DNA of 64,000 bases from Candidatus Parcubacteria bacterium (GTDB lineage Bacteria > Patescibacteriota > Patescibacteriia > Patescibacteriales > UBA12075): contig PKTK01000001.1 in assembly GCA_002869165.1 (NCBI GenBank), positions 251,362 through 315,361 on the forward strand, in the 5' to 3' direction. The notes under the pieces are model-generated. The model had not been told where the DNA came from. It did not search any database and was given only the letters and a program-made list of their open reading frames with translations. Both the position numbers and the translations under genes were made by a program. Positions within the stretch are counted from its first letter, which is position 1; every line of letters starts with the position of its first letter. Shown piece by piece: positions 9,671 to 20,209 of this stretch.

Positions 9671-10808
9671 TATGAAAAAATATAGAAAAATAATTGGAGT
9701 TGACGCACGTTTGTATGGACCTTTAGGAAAGGGATTGGGACGTTATATTGAGGAAATTGTAGATGGTGTTACTAGTGTTGATCAAGATCATGATTTTGTT
9801 ATTTTTTTGTCAGCAGGAAATTTCAGTGATTTTAAAGAAAAGAAAAATATAAAAAAAGTTTTAGTAAAATCTCGCTGGTACAGCTTAAGAGAGCAGATTG
9901 ATATGCCGTTTTTGATATGGAAAAATAAAATTGACTTAATGCATATACCACATTTTAATGTACCGATATTTATGCCGACTAAGTTTATTGTTACAATCCA
10001 TGATCTTATTTTAACCAAATTTCCTAGTCAACGAGCTAGTACTTTATCTCCAATTATCTATAAATTAAAATATACATTTTATAAAATTGTAATTAGTAGA
10101 GCTGTTAAAAAAGCAGAACATATAATTGCAGTATCAAATTTTACAAAAAAAGATATAGTAAATAACTTTAAAATATCTAGTGAAAAAGTTAAAACTATTT
10201 ATGAAGGAGTGAGCAAGAAATTTGTACAGCAAAATGACTTAGACGAAGAAGTGGTTTTGAAAAAATATAATATCAAGACACCCTTTTTGCTTTATGTGGG
10301 AAATGCTTACCCTCATAAAAATTTAAATAATCTTATCAGAGAATTTTTAGAATATAAAAAAGAAAATCCTGAGTATAATTTAGTTTTAGTTGGAGGAGAG
10401 GATTATTTTTACAAAAGAATTATAAATGATATTAAAGAAAACAATATCAGAGGAGTGATTTTTCCAGGATTTGTGCCTGATAATGAATTGGTTGTTCTTT
10501 ATAGAAAGGCTGAAATTTATGTTTTTCCTTCTCTTTATGAAGGATTTGGGCTACCACCGCTTGAAGCAATGAGTCAAAAATGTTTGGTTTTAAGTTCAAA
10601 CAAGTCTTGTTTACCAGAAATATTAGGGGAATCTGCTGTTTATTTTGATCCTAATGAGAAGCATTGGTTAAAAGATTCAATGAAAATAATAAAGAAAAAT
10701 TCTTTTGATAAAGAAAAAATAATCGAAAATAGCAAAGAACAAGTAAAAAAGTATTCTTGGGAAAGAGCAGTTAAGGAAACTTTAGAGTTGTATAATAGAT
10801 TTATTTAA
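9657..10808 (+). CDS. glycosyltransferase family 4 (GT-B fold)
   Basis: 383 aa; C-terminal EGFGLPPLEAMSQKCLVLSS motif typical of GT4/GT1 retaining transferases. Confidence 0.85.
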   Translation: MKLINMKKYRKIIGVDARLYGPLGKGLGRYIEEIVDGVTSVDQDHDFVIFLSAGNFSDFKEKKNIKKVLVKSRWYSLREQIDMPFLIWKNKIDLMHIPHFNVPIFMPTKFIVTIHDLILTKFPSQRASTLSPIIYKLKYTFYKIVISRAVKKAEHIIAVSNFTKKDIVNNFKISSEKVKTIYEGVSKKFVQQNDLDEEVVLKKYNIKTPFLLYVGNAYPHKNLNNLIREFLEYKKENPEYNLVLVGGEDYFYKRIINDIKENNIRGVIFPGFVPDNELVVLYRKAEIYVFPSLYEGFGLPPLEAMSQKCLVLSSNKSCLPEILGESAVYFDPNEKHWLKDSMKIIKKNSFDKEKIIENSKEQVKKYSWERAVKETLELYNRFI

Positions 10809-10940
10809 TATAAGCTAAAAATAAAAAAATAGTTATAAATAGATTGACTTTTTTATAAATATATGGTATAAATGTATGTTATTTAAACATACATTTTTTT
10901 GTTCATTTTATTAAAAACCATATATTTAGGAGGATTTATC

Positions 10941-12128
10941 ATGACCTGGACAGGAGAGTATTTTGAAATTTGTATAGAGTTGGAAAAAGTTAGAGAGAGG
11001 AGTTTGACAATTGGTACTCATAGATTGCCACATGCCAATGAAATTGGTGCCTGTTTTCTTTTGCAAAACTATGCTACTAATAAGCGTTTAGTTGAAGAAT
11101 GCGTTGAAGGACAGCTTATGCTTGGTATTGGTGGAGGTAAGTTTGATCATCATAGCTTAAACAATGAGACCACTTGTTATGATCTGATAGCCGAAGCTTT
11201 TGGCTGTAAATACAAGAAACTCGAGCATATTCGTGTCTTTATCGCCGATAATAACAACAATGGCGCCAAGGGCATGATAAACATCGCTTCATTGTATAAG
11301 GCCATGAATACAATGTGGTCAAACGACGAATCGGTTTCTGAAAATATTGCCTGGTTTTTGCGGGCCTTAAACCTTAAGTCAACTGATACCGGAAAACATG
11401 CCAATGATTTCAGTCAAGAAAGAATTATTGAGCTTTCTAAGTCGTGTAGTGATTTTGATTACTTCATGTCCAATGAGAAATGGATTGAGAGAGCTGTTAA
11501 TACTGAGAAGGCTTGGCAAGGTGAGTTTTTTGATCAAGCCTGTCGTGAACTTGAGAATCTTGATTCTCAGGGACTTGTAAGAGAGGCTCATGGCCTTTTC
11601 TTTATAAAGAATGGAAAAGGAAAGTCAAAAGCAATCAAGCCTAAAATTTGTGGTGTGATGTCGAGTCATGTTCGTATGGCAACGGCACTACGTGTCAAGA
11701 AGCAAGCGGATGTTTTTCTCGTTTATAATCCGACTACTAAATATTATCTTATCGGTGTAAACAAAAACACATTCAGGCATTACCGTGATGCTTTGCTTGA
11801 AGTATTTAAAATTTTACAAGTCAATGAAAAAAGAGTCGGTTCAGATCCAGATAGATGGTACTATTTTAAACCAGCTATCAATATTTATAATGGCTCATTG
11901 ACTCATCCGCATATTAAGCCAAGCGCTTTGAAGTTCGGTGAAGTTTTTGCAGCTGTTTGTGTCGGTATGAAACAAGATGCCCTCCCAAAATCATGTGACG
12001 GGAAAAACTGTTATTCCTGTTTTCTCTCATCTGCTTGCCTTTATAGGTGTAAGAGAAGGGTAGACATACAAAAAACTCGTGAAAAAAGCGAAAGAAAAAA
12101 CATACCGCAGATTGTTTTGGCTGTATGA
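10941..12128 (+). CDS. MYG1/UPF0160-like metal-dependent hydrolase (tentative)
   Basis: Start chosen at ATG 10941 behind RBS AGGAGG; IGTHRLPHANEIGACFLL and GGGKFDHH resemble the GTHxGxFHxDE...ACxLL and GGxYDHHQ signatures of UPF0160; C-terminal Cys-rich tail. Confidence 0.45.
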   Translation: MTWTGEYFEICIELEKVRERSLTIGTHRLPHANEIGACFLLQNYATNKRLVEECVEGQLMLGIGGGKFDHHSLNNETTCYDLIAEAFGCKYKKLEHIRVFIADNNNNGAKGMINIASLYKAMNTMWSNDESVSENIAWFLRALNLKSTDTGKHANDFSQERIIELSKSCSDFDYFMSNEKWIERAVNTEKAWQGEFFDQACRELENLDSQGLVREAHGLFFIKNGKGKSKAIKPKICGVMSSHVRMATALRVKKQADVFLVYNPTTKYYLIGVNKNTFRHYRDALLEVFKILQVNEKRVGSDPDRWYYFKPAINIYNGSLTHPHIKPSALKFGEVFAAVCVGMKQDALPKSCDGKNCYSCFLSSACLYRCKRRVDIQKTREKSERKNIPQIVLAV

Positions 12129-12133
12129 TTCAT

Positions 12134-12175
12134 AGCCTCGTATTTCTTTTTTGAAATATGAGGCTTTTTCTTTTG
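12134..12175 (+). terminator. rho-independent terminator
   Basis: AGCCTCGTATTTC...AAATATGAGGCT hairpin followed by a T-run. Confidence 0.55.
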
Positions 12176-12246
12176 AAAAAATATCTTTAATCTGTTATAA
12201 TAATAGCAATTAACTTATCCACATTTTCCATAAAGCAACACCCTAA

Positions 12247-14964
12247 ATGCTTGAAAAACAGAGGAAAGTACAGCTTAATATTTCTCAAAAAAGATCTAGG
12301 TCAAATTATTTAGTAGATTTAGGTAAAGAATTTGAAAAAACTGATGATCTGGAGAAAAATGAAAAGAACATTTTTTTAGAAAAAAAAGATGGTCTTTTTT
12401 TGTTTTTAAAAAATAAAAGTAATTTTGTAAGTTCAAGTACTTCTAAAACAGTCTTGCTTTTTGAGAGCAACAGTTTTTTAAAAAATATAGTAAACAAGAT
12501 AAGAAGACTAGTTTTTATTCAATTAATCATGGCTTTGATTTTGTTTATTTGGAAAGGCCTTTTATTTGTTTTGAATATTGCTTACAACATTGGGTATTCT
12601 TTTGTTTTTGTTTGCAAGTTTTTGTTCTTTTTCTTTGTAATTGCTTTTTCAAAAATATTTAATTTATTTAACACCAAAAAAGAAACTGTTTCGGAAGAGA
12701 TTGCCGAACAGAAAAACGAGTACCATTTTGATATTGATGATTTTAATTTTGCTCTGCAAGACTCAAAAAAAGTAACTTTTGAAAAAGAGATTGAAGAGAA
12801 AACTGAAGAGATAGTTTCTGAGCCAGTTATTTCAAAAGAAGATAAGAAAATAAAGAAAAAATTCAAACAATTAAAATTAATACAATCCAGAAAATCATAT
12901 AGAGATTTTTTAGATTCTTTACTTCCAAAACCAGACAAAATTTTTTTGCGACCAGCAATAGCTTTTGCAATGGTCCTTTTTATTTTGGTTTTACTTTTTA
13001 AAGCGCTAACTTATTATGGCGTGATAAATGATTTAAAAGGGAGGGTTTTGGGGGTTTCCGAAGAGGCTGTTGGTGATATTAAGAATGCTGGTAATTATGC
13101 TACTGAGCTTGATTTTTCTCAAGCAAGCCTAGAATTTGCTCAAGCTAGTGAAAATTTCTCCAAAGCTCAGGAGGAAATTGGAGTGGTTAGTAAATTCTTG
13201 CAAGTGCTACAAAAATTAATTCCTAATTCAAAGATAGAATTAGCAGCTGATGCTGAATATGTTTTGGAATCAGGAAAAATTAGTTCAGAGATTGGTAAAG
13301 AAGTTAGCCAGATGTTTGTTAATTTCTCTGAATTAGAAGAAAAAAGCATAGCAAATGTTTATTTGGTTTTTTCAGAGTCAATTTTCAAATTAAGAATATT
13401 AACTGAAGACTTGTACCAAAATGTTTCTCAAATAGATTCAGAAAATATTCCTTTAGAGCATCAAGAAACTTTTAATTTGACATTAGAAAAGACCAGACAA
13501 ATCAGGGATAGTTTTAAGGAGTTAAGTCTTTTAATGGAAGACTTTCGGGTGTTTTTAGGTTTTGAAAGTGAAAAAAGATATTTATTAATTTTTCAAAATA
13601 ATTCTGAAATGAGAGCTAGTGGAGGCTTTATGGGAAGTTTTGCTTTAGTTGATTTTCGAAATGGGGAATTAGTGAATATTGAAGTGCCTGAAGGGGGTAC
13701 CTATGATACAGAAGCAGGACTACTTGATCGTATAATATCTCCTGAACCTATGCATATAGTAAATCCACTTTGGCACTTATGGGATTCAAACTGGTGGCCT
13801 GATTGGAAAAAGAGTGCTAAGAAAATAGAATGGTTTTATGAGCGTAGCGATGGTTCAAGCGTGGATGGAGTAATTGCTTTTACTCCTGATGTAGTTGAGA
13901 ATTTGCTTAGAGCAATGGGCCCACTTGATATGCAGAAGACACATGGTGTAACGATCGATGCAGATAATTTTTGGGAAGTGACTCAAACCTTTGCTGAAGC
14001 AAAACCAGAAACTCACCCAGCCTATGAACCATTGCCATATACTCCAGAGAACAAGGCTAGTGGTACAAGTATTATGGAGGCGGGGAATAACAATAAACCT
14101 AAAAAGATAATAGGAGATTTGATTGCTGTTATCAAAGAAGAACTTCCTTTGAGACTCAACAAGGATATGTTTTTGGAGATTTTAGCTGGAGCAGAAAGAA
14201 GCTTGGCGGCTAAGCATGTGTTGTTTTATTTTGATGATTGGCAATTGCAAAATAAATTTGAACAACTTGGTTGGGCTGGTAGGATAGAAGAAACTTCATG
14301 GGATTATTTGATGGTTGTTAACACAAATATTTCTGGAGGGAAAAGCGACCGGGCAATTGAGCAAGAGATAAGTCATAATGCAGAATTACAAAGCGACGGT
14401 TCAATAGTGGACACTTTAACTATAGCCAGAACTCATACTGGAGAAAAGGGAGAGGAGTTTGTGGGAGTTAAAAATCTTGACTGGATGAGAATTTATGTTC
14501 CTTTGGGAAGTGAGTTTATTGAGGCAAGTGGTTTTTGGCCACCTAGTGAAGAGTTGTTTGAAGACCCTGAAGAAGGTTGGTTAGAAGACCCTGATTTAGA
14601 AAATGAAAAAAGTTTTACTAGAGACAGAATATCTTGGACTAAGATCTATAATGAGAGTCAAAAAACTGTTTTTGCTAATTGGGCTCAAGTTGATCCAGGA
14701 AAGACGGTGGTGATTACCATAAAATATAAATTACCATTCTCACTTGATATGAATACACCTCCAACAAAGGAACTTGGTGCCTATGCTTTATTTTTACAAA
14801 AACAACCAGGTGCAAAAAGCTGTAATATTGAATCAAGCCTAGTATTGTCTGATGAGGTAAGACCTATTTGGCATTATCCAGAAGATCTGAACACGGGGGT
14901 GTATGGCTGGCACAGAGAAGATGTTTTGGATGAAGATAAATATTACGCAGTTAGACTCAAATAG
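12247..14964 (+). CDS. giant membrane-anchored protein of unknown function (possibly DUF4012-like)
   Basis: 905 aa; two TM segments (about residues 90-130 and 225-250), a long coiled/acidic region, a conserved-looking core YLLIFQNNSEMRASGGFMGSFALVDFRNGEL, and a C-terminal globular domain rich in W and D. Confidence 0.6.
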   Translation: MLEKQRKVQLNISQKRSRSNYLVDLGKEFEKTDDLEKNEKNIFLEKKDGLFLFLKNKSNFVSSSTSKTVLLFESNSFLKNIVNKIRRLVFIQLIMALILFIWKGLLFVLNIAYNIGYSFVFVCKFLFFFFVIAFSKIFNLFNTKKETVSEEIAEQKNEYHFDIDDFNFALQDSKKVTFEKEIEEKTEEIVSEPVISKEDKKIKKKFKQLKLIQSRKSYRDFLDSLLPKPDKIFLRPAIAFAMVLFILVLLFKALTYYGVINDLKGRVLGVSEEAVGDIKNAGNYATELDFSQASLEFAQASENFSKAQEEIGVVSKFLQVLQKLIPNSKIELAADAEYVLESGKISSEIGKEVSQMFVNFSELEEKSIANVYLVFSESIFKLRILTEDLYQNVSQIDSENIPLEHQETFNLTLEKTRQIRDSFKELSLLMEDFRVFLGFESEKRYLLIFQNNSEMRASGGFMGSFALVDFRNGELVNIEVPEGGTYDTEAGLLDRIISPEPMHIVNPLWHLWDSNWWPDWKKSAKKIEWFYERSDGSSVDGVIAFTPDVVENLLRAMGPLDMQKTHGVTIDADNFWEVTQTFAEAKPETHPAYEPLPYTPENKASGTSIMEAGNNNKPKKIIGDLIAVIKEELPLRLNKDMFLEILAGAERSLAAKHVLFYFDDWQLQNKFEQLGWAGRIEETSWDYLMVVNTNISGGKSDRAIEQEISHNAELQSDGSIVDTLTIARTHTGEKGEEFVGVKNLDWMRIYVPLGSEFIEASGFWPPSEELFEDPEEGWLEDPDLENEKSFTRDRISWTKIYNESQKTVFANWAQVDPGKTVVITIKYKLPFSLDMNTPPTKELGAYALFLQKQPGAKSCNIESSLVLSDEVRPIWHYPEDLNTGVYGWHREDVLDEDKYYAVRLK

Positions 14965-17469
14965 ATGCAAAATATTAGTTATACAACAAATACTTATCCA
15001 AAAGATATGCTTTATATTGATACGGGCATGTTGATTTTTTTGTTTATAATATTTTTCTTTTTGTTAGGCTTTTTCTTAATACGCTTTTTTATGCGTAAAA
15101 ATCATGACAGAACAAATAGGAGTGACATGGTGATTCAAAAGATTAGAGTTCCAAAAGAGAAGCCAGGTGAAGCAAATAGAGAATACAATGTACAAATGCT
15201 TCACGAGGAGATAGCTAGGGCAGAAACTGTTTTTGCAAGTATTGGTGGTCTACAAGCAGAAAGAGGTTTTGTTGCTTGGTTTTTTGGTCGTAATGATCAC
15301 TACTCTTTCGAAATTGTAGCTAACAAAAAAACTATTTATTTTTATATTGTTACTCCTATTGGAATGCAAAGATACATTGAGCAACAGGTACATGCACATT
15401 ATCCTGAAGCAGTGATTGAAGAAGTTGATGACTATAATATATTTGAAAGTAACTCATATGTAGCTTCAGGTTCCCTAAAAACTAAGCGCAAAGGATTTTT
15501 GCCGATTAAAACTTATAAGAACATGGAAACAGATGCTATGAATTCTATAATTAATGTACTTTCAAAACTTAAGGATAGTGAGAGTATTGCAATTCAGTTT
15601 GCAGTTCGAAGTGCAAAAGCAAGCTGGCACAATGATGCCTCAAAAGTACGGAAAGCAATTAGTAAGGGCAAATCTTTACCAGAGGCTATCAAGCTAGCTG
15701 GTAAGGGAATGTTTGGCGAGATAATCGGTGAAGCTTTTAGTAGTGCGAAAAAAGACATGGACCAAAATTCTAATATGCATAACAGGCTCACAACTATGGA
15801 AGAGGAGATTTTGAAATCTATCGAAGAAAAGAATTCTAAGGCTGGTTTGGATGTCAACATTAGAATTATTGTTAGCACCAAAGATAAAGCCAGTTCTTCG
15901 ATTTATATCTCTAATTTAGCCAGTGCTTTTTCACAATTTAGTTTATATGAGAATGGAAATAGCTTTCCTAATAAAATAAAAGTAAAGCAAAATCCTAGCA
16001 TAGTAAGCGATTTTATTCACAGAAGATTTAATGAGCAGAGTTCTTTTCTTTTGAATACTGAGGAATTGGCTAGTATTTATCATTTTCCTTTACGTAATTC
16101 AGAGACTCCTAATATTGATTGGCTAAAAGCCAAGCAAGCCCCAGCTCCAAGTAACATTCCTAATGTTGGTGTTATTCTAGGTTATAACATCTATCGTGGC
16201 CAAAGATCTGATATTAAGATTTCTAGGGCAGATAGGAGAAGACATATGTATGTTTTAGGAAAGTCTGGTGTTGGTAAGTCGAAATTGATTGCCAATATGG
16301 CAGTACAAGATATTTTGAATGGTGAAGGTGTTTGCATAATGGATCCGCATGGTGATTTGATAGATGATTGTTTGAAAAGAATTCCACCAGAACGGGCCGA
16401 AGACGTGATTATTTTTTCACCAGCTGACTTTGAAAGACCACTAGCACTTAACTTAATGGAATATGATATTAGATACCCAGAACAGAAAACTTTTATAATA
16501 AATGAGATGATAAATATTTTTGATAAGCTTTATGATTTGAAATCAACTGGTGGGCCAATCTTTGAACAATATATGAGAAATGCAATGTTGTTAGTAATGT
16601 CTCATCCAGAGTCAGGCTCAACTCTCATGGAGATACCAAGAGTATTAGCAGATCCTGAATTCAGAAAAATGAAGCTAAGTAATTGCAATGATGCTACTGT
16701 GGTGGATTTTTGGCGCAAAGAAGCTGAGAAAGCCGGGGGAGATGCAGCGTTAGCTAATGTTGTCCCATATATAACTAGTAAATTGACTCAATTTATTTCT
16801 AATGACACTATGAGACCAATTATTGGTCAACAGAAGAGCTCATTTAATTTTCGAGATGTTATGGATTCACAAAAGATTTTATTAGTTGATTTATCCAAAG
16901 GGCAAATTGGTGAGCTCAACTCTCATCTCTTGGGAATGATTATTGTTGGTAAGATTCTTATGTCAGCTCTTTCTCGAGCGGATATGCGAGAAGAAAGCAG
17001 AAAAGATTTTTATTTATATATTGATGAATTTCAAAATTTTACCACTGATTCAATTTGCTCAATTCTTTCAGAAGCTAGAAAGTATGGACTCAATCTAATT
17101 ATTGCTCATCAATACATTTGTCAATTAGTCAAAAATCAAGATACAGCTATCAGAGATGCAGTGTTTGGTAATGTGGGTTCCTGGATTACTTTTAAAATAG
17201 GCTCGGATGATGCAGAGGTTTTGGAAAAGGAATTTTCTCCTGTCTTCAATCAATTTGATTTACTTAACATTGAAAAATATACTGCTTATTCAAAAATACT
17301 GATAGATAATACAGCCAGTCGACCATTTTCTATGATGACCCCATGGCCTTTGGCAGGACAGGAAAGAGATGACATAAAAACAAAAATTGCAAAACTTTCT
17401 CGATTAAAATACGGTCATGATAGGCAAATGGTTGAAGCCTTGATAAAAAAAAGAACCCAATTTTTATAA
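14965..17469 (+). CDS. VirD4/TraG/TraD-like (type IV coupling protein family) or HerA-like P-loop ATPase with N-terminal TM helix
   Basis: 834 aa; N-terminal TM (LIFLFIIFFFLLGFFLIRFF); Walker A YVLGKSGVGKSKL followed by a DPHGD motif; Walker B LYIDEFQNF. Confidence 0.65.
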   Translation: MQNISYTTNTYPKDMLYIDTGMLIFLFIIFFFLLGFFLIRFFMRKNHDRTNRSDMVIQKIRVPKEKPGEANREYNVQMLHEEIARAETVFASIGGLQAERGFVAWFFGRNDHYSFEIVANKKTIYFYIVTPIGMQRYIEQQVHAHYPEAVIEEVDDYNIFESNSYVASGSLKTKRKGFLPIKTYKNMETDAMNSIINVLSKLKDSESIAIQFAVRSAKASWHNDASKVRKAISKGKSLPEAIKLAGKGMFGEIIGEAFSSAKKDMDQNSNMHNRLTTMEEEILKSIEEKNSKAGLDVNIRIIVSTKDKASSSIYISNLASAFSQFSLYENGNSFPNKIKVKQNPSIVSDFIHRRFNEQSSFLLNTEELASIYHFPLRNSETPNIDWLKAKQAPAPSNIPNVGVILGYNIYRGQRSDIKISRADRRRHMYVLGKSGVGKSKLIANMAVQDILNGEGVCIMDPHGDLIDDCLKRIPPERAEDVIIFSPADFERPLALNLMEYDIRYPEQKTFIINEMINIFDKLYDLKSTGGPIFEQYMRNAMLLVMSHPESGSTLMEIPRVLADPEFRKMKLSNCNDATVVDFWRKEAEKAGGDAALANVVPYITSKLTQFISNDTMRPIIGQQKSSFNFRDVMDSQKILLVDLSKGQIGELNSHLLGMIIVGKILMSALSRADMREESRKDFYLYIDEFQNFTTDSICSILSEARKYGLNLIIAHQYICQLVKNQDTAIRDAVFGNVGSWITFKIGSDDAEVLEKEFSPVFNQFDLLNIEKYTAYSKILIDNTASRPFSMMTPWPLAGQERDDIKTKIAKLSRLKYGHDRQMVEALIKKRTQFL

Positions 17470-17608
17470 ATACCCGAGAATGTCTTCGGGCATTTTAATA
17501 ATTAGACAAACCTAAAAAAATAGTATAATATAAAAAAGTAAACAAAAAGCAAAACTAGTATTTGGATGAATTAAAATAATTTCTATATTATCCAATTAAA
17601 ATAAATAT

Positions 17609-18292
17609 ATGTCAAAAACAAATTTATTAATTGACGAAAACGAAAAAACAGAAAACAATGAGGTTGATGATCTAGATATTCAATCTGATTATCAAGAAGA
17701 AAATAAAAACCAAGACGAAAGTCAAGACGGTGTTTATATTAGTAAGTCAAAATTGGCGATTGTTTCTAGTTTGCTAGATAATATTAAGGAGAGCCAAGAA
17801 AAGATTGTTGAATTGATGTCAGGTTATGTTGGCCCAGACAATGAAGCTAAAATTAGTATTGGGCAAATGATGCCAGGTAGTAAAACCATGGCATCAGAAA
17901 TGAAAGAAGGAGAATCAAGAGTGGTAGAGGGTGTTTTTGATGGTGAAAACATGATTGGTCCCGATGGCAGACAATACTCAGTTCCGGCCAATTATGCTTC
18001 AAAGTCAAAATTAGTAGAGGGCGACATTCTTAAGTTGACTATTACTGGCAAAGGAACTTTTGTGTACAAGCAAATTGGTCCAATTGAAAGAGAAAGGGTG
18101 ATAGGTCTACTTGAGCAAACCGAAAATGGTAATTTTATTGTTAAGGCGGATGACAAAGAATGGCGAGTAATCACAGCTTCAGTTACTTATTATAAAGGAA
18201 AAGATGGAGATGAAATTATTATTTTGGTGCCAAAGGTTGGTGAGAGTAAATGGGCGGCAGTTGAAAACATTGTTAGAAAAACAGATAAATAA
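17609..18292 (+). CDS. hypothetical protein with acidic N-terminus
   Basis: 227-aa ORF with coding-like composition; no recognisable motif. Confidence 0.5.
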   Translation: MSKTNLLIDENEKTENNEVDDLDIQSDYQEENKNQDESQDGVYISKSKLAIVSSLLDNIKESQEKIVELMSGYVGPDNEAKISIGQMMPGSKTMASEMKEGESRVVEGVFDGENMIGPDGRQYSVPANYASKSKLVEGDILKLTITGKGTFVYKQIGPIERERVIGLLEQTENGNFIVKADDKEWRVITASVTYYKGKDGDEIIILVPKVGESKWAAVENIVRKTDK

Positions 18293-18488
18293 CCTACGAA
18301 AAGCAAGTTTTGTAAACTTGTTTTTTTGTAGCGTTGATATATTTATTGGGACTCTTAGGAATTTTGAGGTATTTTTTCTTAATTTTCCTAAGGGTCCTAA
18401 TTATCTTAAAAATAAAAGCTAAAACCTCTCTTGATTTAGCTTTTATTTTTAGCTAAAATTATATAGTTGATGAAATCGTATAATATAT

Positions 18489-20204
18489 ATGAAAACTTTA
18501 TATAGAACCTACAGACCTCAGAATTTTGAAGAGATTGTAGGGCAAAATCATATAAAAATTACTTTAGAGCACGAGCTGGAAAATAATCGAACAGCGCATG
18601 CTTATATTTTTTGTGGTCCGCGTGGAGTGGGCAAGACTACTATAGCCAGGATTTTTGCTAAATCATTGAATTGCGAAAACAGAAAAGAAGGTGAGTCTAA
18701 TCATTGTAACAAATGTCACTCATGTAAAAACATTACTAGTGGAAGCAATATAGATGTGATTGAAATAGATGCTGCAAGTCATACTGGAGTTGATAATGTA
18801 AGAGAGAATATCGTTTCTGTTTCTCGAGTTGTGCCAAGTCAGGGTAAGTTCAAAGTTTTTATTATTGATGAGGTGCACATGCTATCAATCTCAGCTTTTA
18901 ATGCACTTCTTAAAGTTTTAGAAGAACCACCAGCTAATGTAGTTTTTGTTTTAGCTACCACAGAAGTTCATAAAATTCCCGATACAATAATTTCTCGAAC
19001 AGAAAGATTTGATTTTAAACGTATTAGTATAAATGATGTAGTGAAGAAATTAAATTATATCGTAACCAAAGAAAAGATTAAAATAGATAAAAGTATTTTG
19101 GAAAGCGTAGCCAGACACTCAGAGGGACATATGAGAGATGCTGAGAGTTTACTTGGACAAATTGTTGCAATTGGAGGAAAGAATATAAATCAAGAGGATG
19201 CAGATTTAGTTATCCCACGTTCAGATATTGAAGAAGTTTTGAAGTTTATTGATTTGATTAGCAATCATGATGCTAGTCATGCTATAGAGCAAGTAAATGC
19301 TTTGCTAGACGAAGGGGTGAGTATAAAAAGATTTTTAGAAGAAATAATTGAAACGCTTAGAAAGATAATGTTACTTAAACTTGATAAAAATATTGGCTCA
19401 AAACTTGGACTTGAAATGTGTGAACAAATTGAGATAAGAGTAAATGAATTAGCACAAAATTTTGATATAAATTATGTTATCAAGGTAATTGAGAGACTCT
19501 TGCAAGTAGATAAAGAGTCAAAGGGGGCATTCATAATTCAACTTCCTTTGGAAATTGCTATTGCTGAATTATGTATTGGCACCAATTCTGCATCAGTTCC
19601 TAGTTCAAATTTCAGAAATTTAAATAAGATAAATTCAGTAAGTAGTAAAACTGTTAATATGCAGGCAAATAATAATAAAAATGAAACGATAAAAGAAATA
19701 GTACAAGAAACAATTGCTAAAACGGAAGAGATGGTAGTTGATGAAAATTTTATAGCTATAAGCAAAGACGAGATACATGGAAAGTGGAATGAGTTTTTGA
19801 GTAATATCAAGGCTCATAATCACTCTCTTTCTTTTATTCTTCGAGCTTGCCAACCAAAAAACATTGAAAATAACCAGCTTTGCCTAGCTTTCAAGTATAA
19901 ATTTCACAGAGATAGAGTGAGTGAGATTAATATTAAAGAAATAATTGAAAAAGTCCTAAGAGAAGTATACGGCCAGATTATCAGTATAGAAGCGATTGTG
20001 GATGAAAAACTAAAAGTAGAAAACAATACTCAAGCTGAAGTCAAGTCAGGAAACACTGAAGAACAAAATGAAGAAGCAGTAAATGATCAGTTAAACACCA
20101 ATGAATTAAAATCAGAAGAAAAAAATAAAGGAGAGTATCAGGGATCTGATGATGATATGTTGAATAGTGTTCTCAAGACTTTTGGTGGTAAAATTGTAAG
20201 TTAA
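18489..20204 (+). CDS. dnaX: DNA polymerase III subunit gamma/tau
   Basis: 571 aa; YRPQNFEEIVGQ, Walker A GPRGVGKTT, zinc module CENRKEGESNHCNKCHSC, SRT sensor motif (IISRTERF). Confidence 0.92.
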   Translation: MKTLYRTYRPQNFEEIVGQNHIKITLEHELENNRTAHAYIFCGPRGVGKTTIARIFAKSLNCENRKEGESNHCNKCHSCKNITSGSNIDVIEIDAASHTGVDNVRENIVSVSRVVPSQGKFKVFIIDEVHMLSISAFNALLKVLEEPPANVVFVLATTEVHKIPDTIISRTERFDFKRISINDVVKKLNYIVTKEKIKIDKSILESVARHSEGHMRDAESLLGQIVAIGGKNINQEDADLVIPRSDIEEVLKFIDLISNHDASHAIEQVNALLDEGVSIKRFLEEIIETLRKIMLLKLDKNIGSKLGLEMCEQIEIRVNELAQNFDINYVIKVIERLLQVDKESKGAFIIQLPLEIAIAELCIGTNSASVPSSNFRNLNKINSVSSKTVNMQANNNKNETIKEIVQETIAKTEEMVVDENFIAISKDEIHGKWNEFLSNIKAHNHSLSFILRACQPKNIENNQLCLAFKYKFHRDRVSEINIKEIIEKVLREVYGQIISIEAIVDEKLKVENNTQAEVKSGNTEEQNEEAVNDQLNTNELKSEEKNKGEYQGSDDDMLNSVLKTFGGKIVS

Positions 20205-20209
20205 GATAT

